64,000 bases of DNA from Candidatus Latescibacterota bacterium (GTDB taxonomy: Bacteria; Latescibacterota; UBA2968): contig CBDDPH010000002.1 of assembly GCA_965232265.1 (NCBI GenBank), positions 350,216 to 414,215 on the forward strand. Reading direction: 5' to 3'. The translations under genes were made by a program, and so were the position numbers. A model generated the notes under the pieces. It did no database searches and was not told the DNA's origin. It saw nothing but the letters and a program-made list of their open reading frames with translations. Of this stretch, positions 18,873 through 27,333 are shown piece after piece (the first letter of the stretch is position 1; each line of letters starts with the position of its first letter).

Positions 18873-19008
18873 CATCTGCGTCCATCTGCGGGTGGGTTTC
18901 GAGCGGTGTACAACTGATTCAGGCCAGTTGTACCCGCCCCTACATTTCACATCAATCTGTCCCCAGTCCTTCTTTTCATCTGCGTCCATCTGCGTCCATC
19001 TGCGGATC
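18873..19008. repeat. CATCTGCG tandem repeats flanking a GTAG-type REP with an internal AACTG hairpin
   Basis: catctgcgtccatctgcgg 18873-18891; gggtgggtttcgagc[ggtgtacaactgattcaggccagttgt]acccgcccctac 18890-18943; (catctgcgtc)x2 catctgcggatc ~18977-19008. Confidence 0.75.
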
Positions 19009-19141
19009 AAAATATAGAACGAGAACCCACTACACACAACAGTTTGTCCTTGACAACACAATAATTCCCTTTTTATTGTTCGCACGCGAAACACAACTGT
19101 TCCGCTTTGACCGACCTTTGACGTTTTGACAGGAGATTTTT

Positions 19142-19651
19142 ATGTGGCGCACATCTATAACACTCGTCTTTTGTGCCTTACTGATTGGTTGTGGCGACGA
19201 CATCAAATACCAGGCAGAACTTCGCGGCACCTGGCTGTTGGACTCTCGCAAACCCGCACAGGGTGAAATCATCCAAAGCCCGCAAATCAGCGGCCTCATC
19301 GAATGGTTTCCAACCGCACCCGCCCAGGCTAAGGTGCATCTTTCCGTAACCGACGACAGACAGAGCATCAGAGTCATCGATCGTTTATACGATCTTCAGG
19401 ACATGGCATTTACATATCGATCCAAACTCAGAATCGGCTCGGTAGAAACAGACAGCTCAGATGCACTTTATGACACAACCACCCAAAATGGCACGGGACA
19501 AATCTCCTCTGACGATGCGCGCGTCACACTCACCCACGACAACGGGACAAAATTTGAGTTTATCGGCACACAACTCACCGTAACATATTCAAACGGCGTG
19601 GTCGATACGTGGACACTCAACAAAGATCAAAAAGGTGCTTTGGCAAAATAA
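19142..19651 (+). CDS. hypothetical lipoprotein (beta-rich, lipocalin-like)
   Basis: AGGAG RBS; lipobox LLIGC; LRGTWLL motif. Confidence 0.7.
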   Translation: MWRTSITLVFCALLIGCGDDIKYQAELRGTWLLDSRKPAQGEIIQSPQISGLIEWFPTAPAQAKVHLSVTDDRQSIRVIDRLYDLQDMAFTYRSKLRIGSVETDSSDALYDTTTQNGTGQISSDDARVTLTHDNGTKFEFIGTQLTVTYSNGVVDTWTLNKDQKGALAK

Positions 19652-19672
19652 ATGACCATACCGATGCGCTGA

Positions 19673-19760
19673 TAAACTGGCTTGAACCAGTTGTCCCCCT
19701 TTCCGTCTATGAACTGGCCTGAACCAGTTGTACACCGTTCCGTTGATTCGTCTATTCGTT
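19673..19760. repeat. two AACTGG-hairpin repeats plus ATTCGTCT repeat
   Basis: taaactggcttgaaccagttgtcccc 19673-19698; tgaactggcctgaaccagttgtacaccg 19710-19737; gattcgtctattcg (a related motif occurs at ~13939-13990). Confidence 0.75.
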
Positions 19761-19838
19761 TAACGCGGTTCAGATCGCGCCAGCACCTCCCCAATCATTC
19801 GCGTGCTGGTCGATGAACCCCATTCAAAGGAGTAAGAA

Positions 19839-20279
19839 ATGGCAGGAACAATCCCCCTCATCAGTTCAGGTGTTGCAGGACCAGCAGGCGTACTCCATCT
19901 ACCTCGCCTGTGGAGCAAAGTCCTGTTGGGCGCCACGGGCAACCTCGAAGAAGGATATGACCAGTGTGGACTGGGCTACGACCAGATGGTCCTCGATGGC
20001 CTGGGCCTTGACCGCGATGCCACCGTCGCCTATCTCACTGAAAATCTACCTTCTTATCCGGAATTCGAAGCATGGGTAATCGAACAGAGCGGCGGCAGCC
20101 TCGACAGCAATGCCGTTGCAGAACTCAACGCCGCAATCGAGGGTTATAATCACGCAGACGATGTCCGCGAGGCCATCCTCGGTGCAGCGGGCATTGACGA
20201 CGACGGCAGCATTCTCGACGCCGTCAACCTGAACAACCTCGATGACTGGACGGAGTTTCACGCACAACTAACGGGATAG
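19839..20279 (+). CDS. DUF5069-like acidic protein
   Basis: AAGGAG RBS; PLISSGVAGPAGVLHLPRLWSK..GYDQMVL..LDDWTEFH. Confidence 0.65.
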   Translation: MAGTIPLISSGVAGPAGVLHLPRLWSKVLLGATGNLEEGYDQCGLGYDQMVLDGLGLDRDATVAYLTENLPSYPEFEAWVIEQSGGSLDSNAVAELNAAIEGYNHADDVREAILGAAGIDDDGSILDAVNLNNLDDWTEFHAQLTG

Positions 20280-20299
20280 ACACCCGTCCATCTCGCACA

Positions 20300-20338
20300 A
20301 AAAATCCCAGGATGTTTTTTATATTCTGGGATTTTCTT
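20300..20338 (+). terminator. probable intrinsic terminator
   Basis: aaaatcccaggat..attctgggatttt hairpin. Confidence 0.5.
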
Positions 20339-20366
20339 TATACCGCCTTAAGACGACGCGGCCAGC

Positions 20367-20581
20367 GGCGAAAATTTTTCGCCCCTACAATCGGGCAACC
20401 ACGAGGGCGGGCGGGTTGAACTGGCCTGAACCAGTTGTACACCGCTCGAAACCCGTCCCTACAACACCAGGGTGCGATGACAAGCACGCATGCCTCGCCC
20501 CTACGAGAAATCACACTTCATCCTTTTGCGGTTTGAAACCGCAAACTACTTCTTCCTTCAAACTTCATCCTTCAAACTTCT
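20367..20581. repeat. REP cluster (several GTAG-type REPs, one with an internal AACTGG hairpin) and CTTCA heptamer tract
   Basis: ggcgaaaatttttcgcccctac 20367-20388; gggcgggt[tgaactggcctgaaccagttgtacacc]gctcgaaacccgtccctac 20409-20462; gcatgcctcgcccctac ending 20504; tttgcggtttgaaaccgcaaactac 20525-20549 within cttcatc/cttcaaa repeats. Confidence 0.75.
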
Positions 20582-22248
20582 CATGTCGCGTCTGTCTGTT
20601 GGTGCTGGCCTATAAAACCAATAACAACGCGCTCCTTGCTCTTATCCCAATCAAAAGCGACCCGAATGGTGTAGCGTGCATCCTTACTGCTCCCCGTTCC
20701 AATGTGCTTTTTTAGCCAATGGATCTTGTTCTCAACTTTGGTGGTGTACCACTCCTCGTACTTGTTCATCGTCATATCGCTCTGATGCCCCCTGTACCAC
20801 CACTTACACGCTTCGCGGATTGACACGTCGAGGTCGAGGCTCGATAAATTGCTCTCACCCGTGCGAAATCCGTAATACGTGGTCGCCAGCCATTGCAGCG
20901 CGTCCCACACGGCTTTGGGATGTCTAAAAGGATTATCTTCAACGCGCGATTTCCCATTGAGCTGGAAGATGAGTTTATCGTCAAATTTTTCTTTTGCGAG
21001 CGCCACAGCATCATTCACGCTCTCAATGGACAAATCCTCATCTTCACCCGCTGTTGCCGCCTCCTTTCTCGCCGCCTCAATATAGTGCCTTCGCCACCTT
21101 TCGGTCTCCTTCTGCCACTTTTCTATCTCATCCTGACGCTCGTGCAACTGGCTTTGTAGCGATTCGACCTCTTTTTCATGCGCTGATTTCAACGCGATAT
21201 AATCCGCCTCTGATTGGTTATCGGGTTCTTGCACGGGTTCTTGCGCGTCTGGAACATCGGATTCTTGTTCCTCCTCTATTGACGGTGTGGGAGATTCATA
21301 CATGAGCCGATCTATGCGGTCTATAATCGGCAAGATGCGATTCTCCAACTTTGCTCGCCTGGGCCTTCTCTCGCGTTCCTCCTCCAGTATAGGCGCGGGT
21401 TTGTGAATCGGTTGGTACTCAATCAGCAAAGACCGCACGTTTTGGGTATCCTGAAGGACTCTTGACAGGTCGGCATCGGGCGATAGGTGTGCCGCAGACC
21501 AGGACGCGATGTCTTTTTGGAAAAATTCCAGTTCCAATGAGAAAACATCCCGTAGCTCGGCAATTAAAGCATCGAGATCATTGGCTTGCTCGTATTGCGC
21601 CTTCTTTGTTTCTACAATAGCCTGTATCGATTCGACAAAGCCCGGAATTGCCTCCCCCCATTCTGGCGCATTGGGCGGCAGAGATCTCAAATATTCGAGT
21701 CCTTGCGACAGAACATCGTCTTTTGTTTTTTCAGACCCGGGTATTTTACCCGATACATAGCACAGCATCAGCGCAACATCATCTTTATCAAACTCGCCGT
21801 AACGTTCGAGAATTTTATCCGTCTCGCGCGTCCATACATCACTGAACCAGAAACCTCGGAATCGATCATCTGAGAAATCTGGATATTCAGCCGGCATTGC
21901 CAGATTATCGAGATGTTTAACAACCACATCGCCGAGCGCGTCATGGGACTCTGCCCAGACCTTCAAAACCGCGCCAGTTAGCTTGTCTAATACGGTCACG
22001 GCTTTCAGGGTCTGCTTCATGAGATAAGGCGTTGGTGCTTTAGCGGGTTCTTTTGGAAACTGCGGTACTTTCACTGTGCTGTTTATAGCCGAGTTGAGCA
22101 ATCCCCGCGCTTCTTTTGACACCTTATCCCTCGAATCAAGCGCGCGTTTGACCACAGCCTCGTGATATTCATGATTCATAAATCCAAAGATCGCACTGAG
22201 TTGCAAACGCTCTACATTCGTTATATCGCCTGAAAACATATCTGACAT
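20581..22248 (-). CDS. 555-aa hypothetical protein: helical N-domain, coiled coil, C-terminal RelE-like putative RNase domain
   Basis: AGGAG RBS before ATG 22248 (track start 22380 lies inside the tRNA); coiled coil EKEVESLQSQLHERQDEIEKWQKE; C-terminal HIGTG..RVAFDWD..VVIGFIGQH. Confidence 0.7.
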   Translation of the reverse strand: MSDMFSGDITNVERLQLSAIFGFMNHEYHEAVVKRALDSRDKVSKEARGLLNSAINSTVKVPQFPKEPAKAPTPYLMKQTLKAVTVLDKLTGAVLKVWAESHDALGDVVVKHLDNLAMPAEYPDFSDDRFRGFWFSDVWTRETDKILERYGEFDKDDVALMLCYVSGKIPGSEKTKDDVLSQGLEYLRSLPPNAPEWGEAIPGFVESIQAIVETKKAQYEQANDLDALIAELRDVFSLELEFFQKDIASWSAAHLSPDADLSRVLQDTQNVRSLLIEYQPIHKPAPILEEERERRPRRAKLENRILPIIDRIDRLMYESPTPSIEEEQESDVPDAQEPVQEPDNQSEADYIALKSAHEKEVESLQSQLHERQDEIEKWQKETERWRRHYIEAARKEAATAGEDEDLSIESVNDAVALAKEKFDDKLIFQLNGKSRVEDNPFRHPKAVWDALQWLATTYYGFRTGESNLSSLDLDVSIREACKWWYRGHQSDMTMNKYEEWYTTKVENKIHWLKKHIGTGSSKDARYTIRVAFDWDKSKERVVIGFIGQHQQTDAT

Positions 22249-22301
22249 TGCACAACTCCTCTCGCCGCTATTTACCATCCGTCTAACAGTTATAAATATA
22301 A

Positions 22302-22339
22302 AATAAGGGGTTATGCTTTGATTGCATAACCCCGTTATT
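22302..22339. terminator. hairpin 3' of tRNA-Pro(GGG)
   Basis: ggggttatgc..gcataacccc with AT-rich flanks. Confidence 0.55.
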
Positions 22340-22340
22340 A

Positions 22341-22417
22341 TGGTCGGAGCGACTGGATTTGAACCAGCGACCCCCATCACCCCAAGATGGTGCGCTACCG
22401 AGCTGCGCTACGCTCCG
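22341..22417 (-). tRNA. tRNA-Pro(GGG)
   Basis: reverse complement CGGAGCG TAGCGCAGCTCGGTAGCGC..CCATC-TTGGGGT-GATGG..GGTTCAAATCC..CGCTCCG ACCA; 77 nt. Confidence 0.95.
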
Positions 22418-22551
22418 ACAACTTGTTCGTGAATGAATCTACCCATTTTGCCAGAAACCGTCAAGATAAACAAGCGACCAGCGAAAATCTTCTGGATTGC
22501 GGCTCAAAATCATGCCGCAATGACAATCGCTATTCCTATCGTCACGCCTGC

Positions 22552-22595
22552 TGCTCTTCACACTTCCTACTTCACACTTCACACTTCTACCTACC
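22552..22595. repeat. 7-bp tandem repeat (CTTCACA-like)
   Basis: cttcaca cttccta cttcaca cttcaca cttctac. Confidence 0.65.
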
Positions 22596-23459
22596 AGAAC
22601 TCAAAAAACTCTCGGATTGCAGATCCACATCAAAAATGCGAATCAATCGGCGGGGCTTTGTCGTCTCGCCGATCAATTCGGGTATGCCATCGCCATCGAG
22701 GTCTGCGTATCCAATTTTCTCACCAAAACCATCGCGGTATTCCCACTCAACGCGCTGATAAGTCGCGCCAATAACAAACCCCGTATTGAGTACAATCTCG
22801 AGCTCACCGTCATCGTCGAGATCGCCAACAGCCATACTCTGTGCCCACAACCCCTGCTCACTGCTCCATTCTAAAAACAGATTTTTGCAATCGAACACAA
22901 ACAAGCGCCCAACCTGTGCGGCGCGATCCTGATCGGACTTATCGCGCGATCCGGGCGGCGGCCGATAGTTCCGACTCTCTGCAGCATCCTCGCCGCAAAA
23001 TACCAGTTCGAGCTGCGGATCGTCGTCAATATTTTCAATCACCATAGCCGAAACCGATGCAAATTCATCGTCCGTGCTTCGCCATATCTCACGGAAATCG
23101 CTGGCGCGATACAACGCAATACCCCCAGACTGGGTATATGCAACGATCTCGAGATTGTCATCGACATCGATATCCAGAACAAAAACTTCTGCGATCTCCC
23201 CTCTCAGCGTGGGACTTCTCCACACCTCTCGAAAGCGCTCCTCTTGCATTTCCAACACATAGACTGACCCATGCCGGTCGCCATACACAATGCGCGGTGC
23301 CTCATCACCTGTACCCACAATTGCTTTTACGGCTCTCATCTCGGGTACAAACCCGCCAAAAGAGATCGCGTCATTGTCCTTCCAATGAAACCACGCCAGA
23401 TCGGTCGCTGAAATCGTAGCTGTAAGGGCAAAGAGCCAGAGCAGTATCCTTATGACCAT
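22587..23459 (-). CDS. secreted FG-GAP/VCBS-repeat (beta-propeller-like) protein
   Basis: signal peptide; repeated DIDVDDNLEIV, NIDDDPQLELV, DLDDDGELEIV, DLDGDGIPELI. Confidence 0.75.
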   Translation of the reverse strand: MVIRILLWLFALTATISATDLAWFHWKDNDAISFGGFVPEMRAVKAIVGTGDEAPRIVYGDRHGSVYVLEMQEERFREVWRSPTLRGEIAEVFVLDIDVDDNLEIVAYTQSGGIALYRASDFREIWRSTDDEFASVSAMVIENIDDDPQLELVFCGEDAAESRNYRPPPGSRDKSDQDRAAQVGRLFVFDCKNLFLEWSSEQGLWAQSMAVGDLDDDGELEIVLNTGFVIGATYQRVEWEYRDGFGEKIGYADLDGDGIPELIGETTKPRRLIRIFDVDLQSESFLSSGR

Positions 23460-23469
23460 AGTGAACTCC

Positions 23470-24381
23470 TCAGAATATACTAATATGGAGGTAGCGTTTG
23501 GGATTCCGCTGGATATCTGCAATAAGACTATCCATCGACGTCAGGGTGCGATCCAGATGCTCGTACACCGCTTCGTCCTTAACCAAACGCCCGACCGTAC
23601 CGCGTCCATCTCGTATCCCTTTGGAAATATCATCGAGATTGGCAAATGTATTCTGCATGGCAACCGAAGTCGATTCCATCTGTGCCGAAATCCGCGCAAG
23701 GCGTTCCATAATCACAGTTATATTGGTCACGGCAATGGTCAAATTTTCGCGATTATCCCGCATCAGACCACTCGCATCGCCCGTCGCCATCGCCAAACTG
23801 TCCAGCATCTTATCGACCTTACCCAGATTATCGTCATTCAATAATCGGTTGAGATAGTACGTGGTCGTGTCAATACGCGAAAGAACGCTTTCCAGATGCG
23901 CGAGATTGTTATTGCTGGCTACGCCATCTACAGCGCCGCGAATTTTTTCGATCATAAGCCTGCTTTCAGACACCATCGCATCGAGATCCGAAGCAGAAGT
24001 TCCCTGTACAACAGCGCCATCTGGCAGACGCTGTTCCGACTCACCCAACTGAATCTCGATCATCTGCCCACCCAGCAGACCATCGGATTTGAGTAAAAAA
24101 CGCGAATCCACAGGCAAATCTCTCACCGCGGCAAATCCAAGTGCGACAAAAGGCAACCCATCCTCAAGGGTAATAGACAGCACCTTTCCCACCCGCACCC
24201 CACGAAATGTCACCGGATTGCCCACTTGAAGCCCCGGCACACTGTCGAACCTGACATGGATGCGATATCCACCAGCCGCACCTGCATAGCGCTCCGAAAG
24301 CCACACCGTGCCGACCACCAGAATAACGGCTGCAAAAAATACAACTGCGCCCAGAATAATTTCTTGCCGACGATTTCTCAT
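23470..24381 (-). CDS. mlaD: MCE/MlaD family protein
   Basis: N-terminal TM, GLQVGNPVTFRGVRVGKV, GLLGG, GTVGRLV..DIQRNPKRY. Confidence 0.85.
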   Translation of the reverse strand: MRNRRQEIILGAVVFFAAVILVVGTVWLSERYAGAAGGYRIHVRFDSVPGLQVGNPVTFRGVRVGKVLSITLEDGLPFVALGFAAVRDLPVDSRFLLKSDGLLGGQMIEIQLGESEQRLPDGAVVQGTSASDLDAMVSESRLMIEKIRGAVDGVASNNNLAHLESVLSRIDTTTYYLNRLLNDDNLGKVDKMLDSLAMATGDASGLMRDNRENLTIAVTNITVIMERLARISAQMESTSVAMQNTFANLDDISKGIRDGRGTVGRLVKDEAVYEHLDRTLTSMDSLIADIQRNPKRYLHISIF

Positions 24382-24384
24382 ACG

Positions 24385-25128
24385 CTATCCCAACCTGCCT
24401 TGAATAAACAATTCGAAGATCTCATTGCCAGAATCCTCGACATCTTCCATCGCGCCTTGAACCACTGCTTTGCCGTCGTAGAGCAGGGCAACCCGATCTG
24501 AAACGCGCCGGGCAAGGGGCATATCGTGGGTGACGACCACCGATGTTACATTGAGTTCCGATTGCAATTTCAGTATGTAGTCGCCCACAACACTGGATGT
24601 ATTTGGATCCAGACCCGTTGTGGGTTCATCATACAGAATAAAATCGGGTTCCATCGCAATCGCCCGCGCAAGTGCCGCGCGTTTTCTCATTCCCCCCGAC
24701 AACTCAACCGGCATCTTGGCCTCTGTACCCGCCAACCGCACGGCATCGAGGCAGACATGCACGCGCTCTGAAATTTCTTCTTCGGACATCTTGGTGTGCA
24801 TACGCAACCCAAAAGCCACATTTTCTTTCACCGTCATAGAATCAAAAAGTGCCGAAGACTGAAACAAAACACCAATGCGCTTGCGCAACTCGAGCAACGC
24901 GCTGTGGCGAATCCGCGCCATGTCATAACCGGCAACGACGACCTTTCCCACATCTGCCCGCTCAATCCCAATCACATGCTTTAAAGTCACACTTTTGCCG
25001 CATCCACTCGGTCCCAAAATAGTCGTAATCTCAGACCGGGGAATCCACAGATCAAGCCCTTTTAGCACGGATTGCGCTTCAAAAGACTTAAACACCTCGA
25101 CAAACTCAATAGCCGTTTCATTTGCCAT
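24385..25128 (-). CDS. mlaF: MlaF-type ABC ATPase
   Basis: GPSGCGKS, LFQSSALFDS, LSGGMRKR, LYDEPTTGLD. Confidence 0.9.
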   Translation of the reverse strand: MANETAIEFVEVFKSFEAQSVLKGLDLWIPRSEITTILGPSGCGKSVTLKHVIGIERADVGKVVVAGYDMARIRHSALLELRKRIGVLFQSSALFDSMTVKENVAFGLRMHTKMSEEEISERVHVCLDAVRLAGTEAKMPVELSGGMRKRAALARAIAMEPDFILYDEPTTGLDPNTSSVVGDYILKLQSELNVTSVVVTHDMPLARRVSDRVALLYDGKAVVQGAMEDVEDSGNEIFELFIQGRLG

Positions 25129-25131
25129 AGT

Positions 25132-25905
25132 TTAATACAACAACGCGTGTGTTAAAAAATAATCGAGAATGAGAACGAGCGCAGAAGATATCACAACTGC
25201 AGCCGTAGCAGCCCGCCCAACGCCCTGTGCGCCGCCTGCAGTGCAAAGCCCCTTGTAAGACCCCATAAACGTCAGCAACCCACCATAAACAACGGATTTG
25301 ACCAACCCGACAAAAACATCGTACACCTCAAAATAGAGCTTCATACCTTTGACCAACTCTGTAGGCGTAATCGCCATCTTGATCATCGACATACCAAACC
25401 CACAGAGAATCGCGACCAAAAAAGAGTAAATCACGAGAATTGGAACCATAATCGCGCCAGCGAGCATTCGGGGCAACATGAGATACCCCACGGGATCGAC
25501 AGCCATCGACGCGAGGGCATCCACTTGCTCTGAGACTTTCATCGTGCCGAGTTCAGACGCAACGCCCGCCCCCACCCTGCCCGCGAGCACGAGACCCAAC
25601 AAAATAGGCGACAGCACGAGTATCACAGAGCGCACCATAAGCGCACCGACCATATAGTCGGGCACGTAAGCTTCCATCTGATAAGCCGTCTGAATAGCGA
25701 CCGCCATCCCACTAAAAGCCGAAATCAGGCAGACCAGAGGCAGAGAGCTAACACCGACAGCATAACACTGTTCGATAATCTGATGTCGGTAGAGGTAGAG
25801 ATGCCGCATTTCTGTCACGCACTGGACGCCATAGCAGAACATCTGGAAAACTTGGATAAAAAATGCGGCGAGTTGCCCACCGAGAAATGCAAATAATCGG
25901 CCCAT
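25132..25905 (-). CDS. mlaE: MlaE-type ABC permease
   Basis: AGRVGAGVASELGTMKVSEQVDAL, GAQGVGRA. Confidence 0.9.
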   Translation of the reverse strand: MGRLFAFLGGQLAAFFIQVFQMFCYGVQCVTEMRHLYLYRHQIIEQCYAVGVSSLPLVCLISAFSGMAVAIQTAYQMEAYVPDYMVGALMVRSVILVLSPILLGLVLAGRVGAGVASELGTMKVSEQVDALASMAVDPVGYLMLPRMLAGAIMVPILVIYSFLVAILCGFGMSMIKMAITPTELVKGMKLYFEVYDVFVGLVKSVVYGGLLTFMGSYKGLCTAGGAQGVGRAATAAVVISSALVLILDYFLTHALLY

Positions 25906-26124
25906 AGCGAGTGGAAGCTCAAAAGTGAGGCGGGTTAAAAGGATCCAGAAAGCGTTTAGAATCTACACTCCATTTTTCAATAAATCAACTGTTATATAAC
26001 CCTTTTTGGTGAAAGAACCCACACGACAAAGGCGGCCCTGGAAAAACCAGAACCGCCTTTATTATTTCGAAGCTGAGATGATAGCTGCCTGTGCGTGCCT
26101 CTGTTTGTGCCGAAGGCAGACAGG

Positions 26125-27087
26125 TCACACCAGATCTTCCACTTTTCCACCCGGAACATTTCTCCGAAAATATCGCTGCAACTTGTCGAGCGCGCGGTTG
26201 CGAATCTGGCGCACGCGCTCTCGGGTAACACCCAGAGAACAGCCAATATCACTCAACGTGCGGCGCTCACCTCCGTCGAGACCAAAATAAGCGCGAATAA
26301 CCTCTCGCTCCCGCAGGTCTAAAGAATCATTGAGAGACCGCAATATAAGCTCGGACTGATCCCGGTATATCACGAGTTGATCTGGATCATCTTCATCGGC
26401 CTCGAGTATATTCTGGAGCGACTGCTCGCCCGCCGTGTCTATGGGTGCAGACAAAGACAGATCTGGACGCACACAGCGCAACGCCCGCTCTGCGCGTTTG
26501 TTGCTGATCTGCATATCGCTGGCGACCTCGTCCAGCGTGGGCACGCGCCCCAATTCCTGCGTCATCTGCCCCCAGCGACGCGCCAACCGGTCCATATCCT
26601 CCTGGCGATTTGCAGGCATAACCACATTAGACGTGCGCTTGAGCGCATTGAGAATGCACTGCCGAATCCACCACACCGCATAGCTGATAAACTTAAACCC
26701 GCGTTTCTCGTCAAATCGCTTGAGGGCTTCCATCAAACCCATATTGCCCTCGGCAATCAAATCGGCAAGGGGCACGCCCCGTCCCTGATATTCGAGTGCA
26801 ACACTGACGACAAAACGCAAGTTTGACGTGATGATCTTGTCAATCGCCGCTCGATTTCCCCGCTTGGCCTTGCGAAGGATTTTTTGTTCCTCTTCTCGGC
26901 TCAATGGGGGGTACTTGCGTAGTTCCTTGAGATAGCTCTGAACAGAAGCTTCGCGCGCATACTGTGTCTCTTGTTGCGTGTATTCCATTGTATCTCCTAC
27001 CACATGTTCCTTCTTACCCGACTCAGTGCTTGCCTGCGCGTGGCGCGCAAGCAGGCGGAATTTTGGTGCAACAGTTGGCGTCTCCAT
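26125..27087 (-). CDS. RNA polymerase sigma-70 factor, RpoD/RpoS family lacking region 1.1
   Basis: SYLKEL, NLRFVVSVA, DLIAEGNMGL, FISYAVWWIRQ, TRERVRQI; alternative start 26988 with AGGAG RBS. Confidence 0.9.
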   Translation of the reverse strand: METPTVAPKFRLLARHAQASTESGKKEHVVGDTMEYTQQETQYAREASVQSYLKELRKYPPLSREEEQKILRKAKRGNRAAIDKIITSNLRFVVSVALEYQGRGVPLADLIAEGNMGLMEALKRFDEKRGFKFISYAVWWIRQCILNALKRTSNVVMPANRQEDMDRLARRWGQMTQELGRVPTLDEVASDMQISNKRAERALRCVRPDLSLSAPIDTAGEQSLQNILEADEDDPDQLVIYRDQSELILRSLNDSLDLREREVIRAYFGLDGGERRTLSDIGCSLGVTRERVRQIRNRALDKLQRYFRRNVPGGKVEDLV

Positions 27088-27333
27088 TTTTGATCGTCAC
27101 CCCCTCCCAGAAGTGCGTTATTTGTTTGATATTTAAACGCACGTAACATTGACAAAGTTTCGCATATAATCTCTATACAACACCCATCCCCTGTTACATC
27201 TTAGATACACGCCATACATCTAAAGGTTTCAAAATAGTGCATACGCGGAAGGAGATCCCGAATTGCTTGCGGGACCAGTGCCGAAAGGCTATCTTGCCCA
27301 CACCTGGCAATTTTATAAACGAAAGGAAAAACA

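Noticed and set aside
18855-19094. N-terminal extension of DUF368 (likewise 5162-5353 of the 806-aa ORF)
   Set aside because: Translated repeat sequence (e.g. RRWTQM twice), not family-like.
19673-20444. CRISPR array from the 28-bp palindromic repeats
   Set aside because: Copies are dispersed, in both orientations, without regular spacers, and there are no cas genes.
22249-22380. N-terminal extension of the 599-aa ORF
   Set aside because: Runs through tRNA-Pro and its hairpin; the RBS supports ATG 22248.
10203-22417. Integrative element bounded by the two tRNA-Pro genes
   Set aside because: Both tRNAs are complete with different anticodons; no integrase or att-like duplication, and the content is mostly ordinary chromosomal genes.
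27149-27170. TTGACA..TATAAT promoter upstream of the aminotransferase
   Set aside because: Only 10 nt between the hexamers, incompatible with sigma70 spacing.
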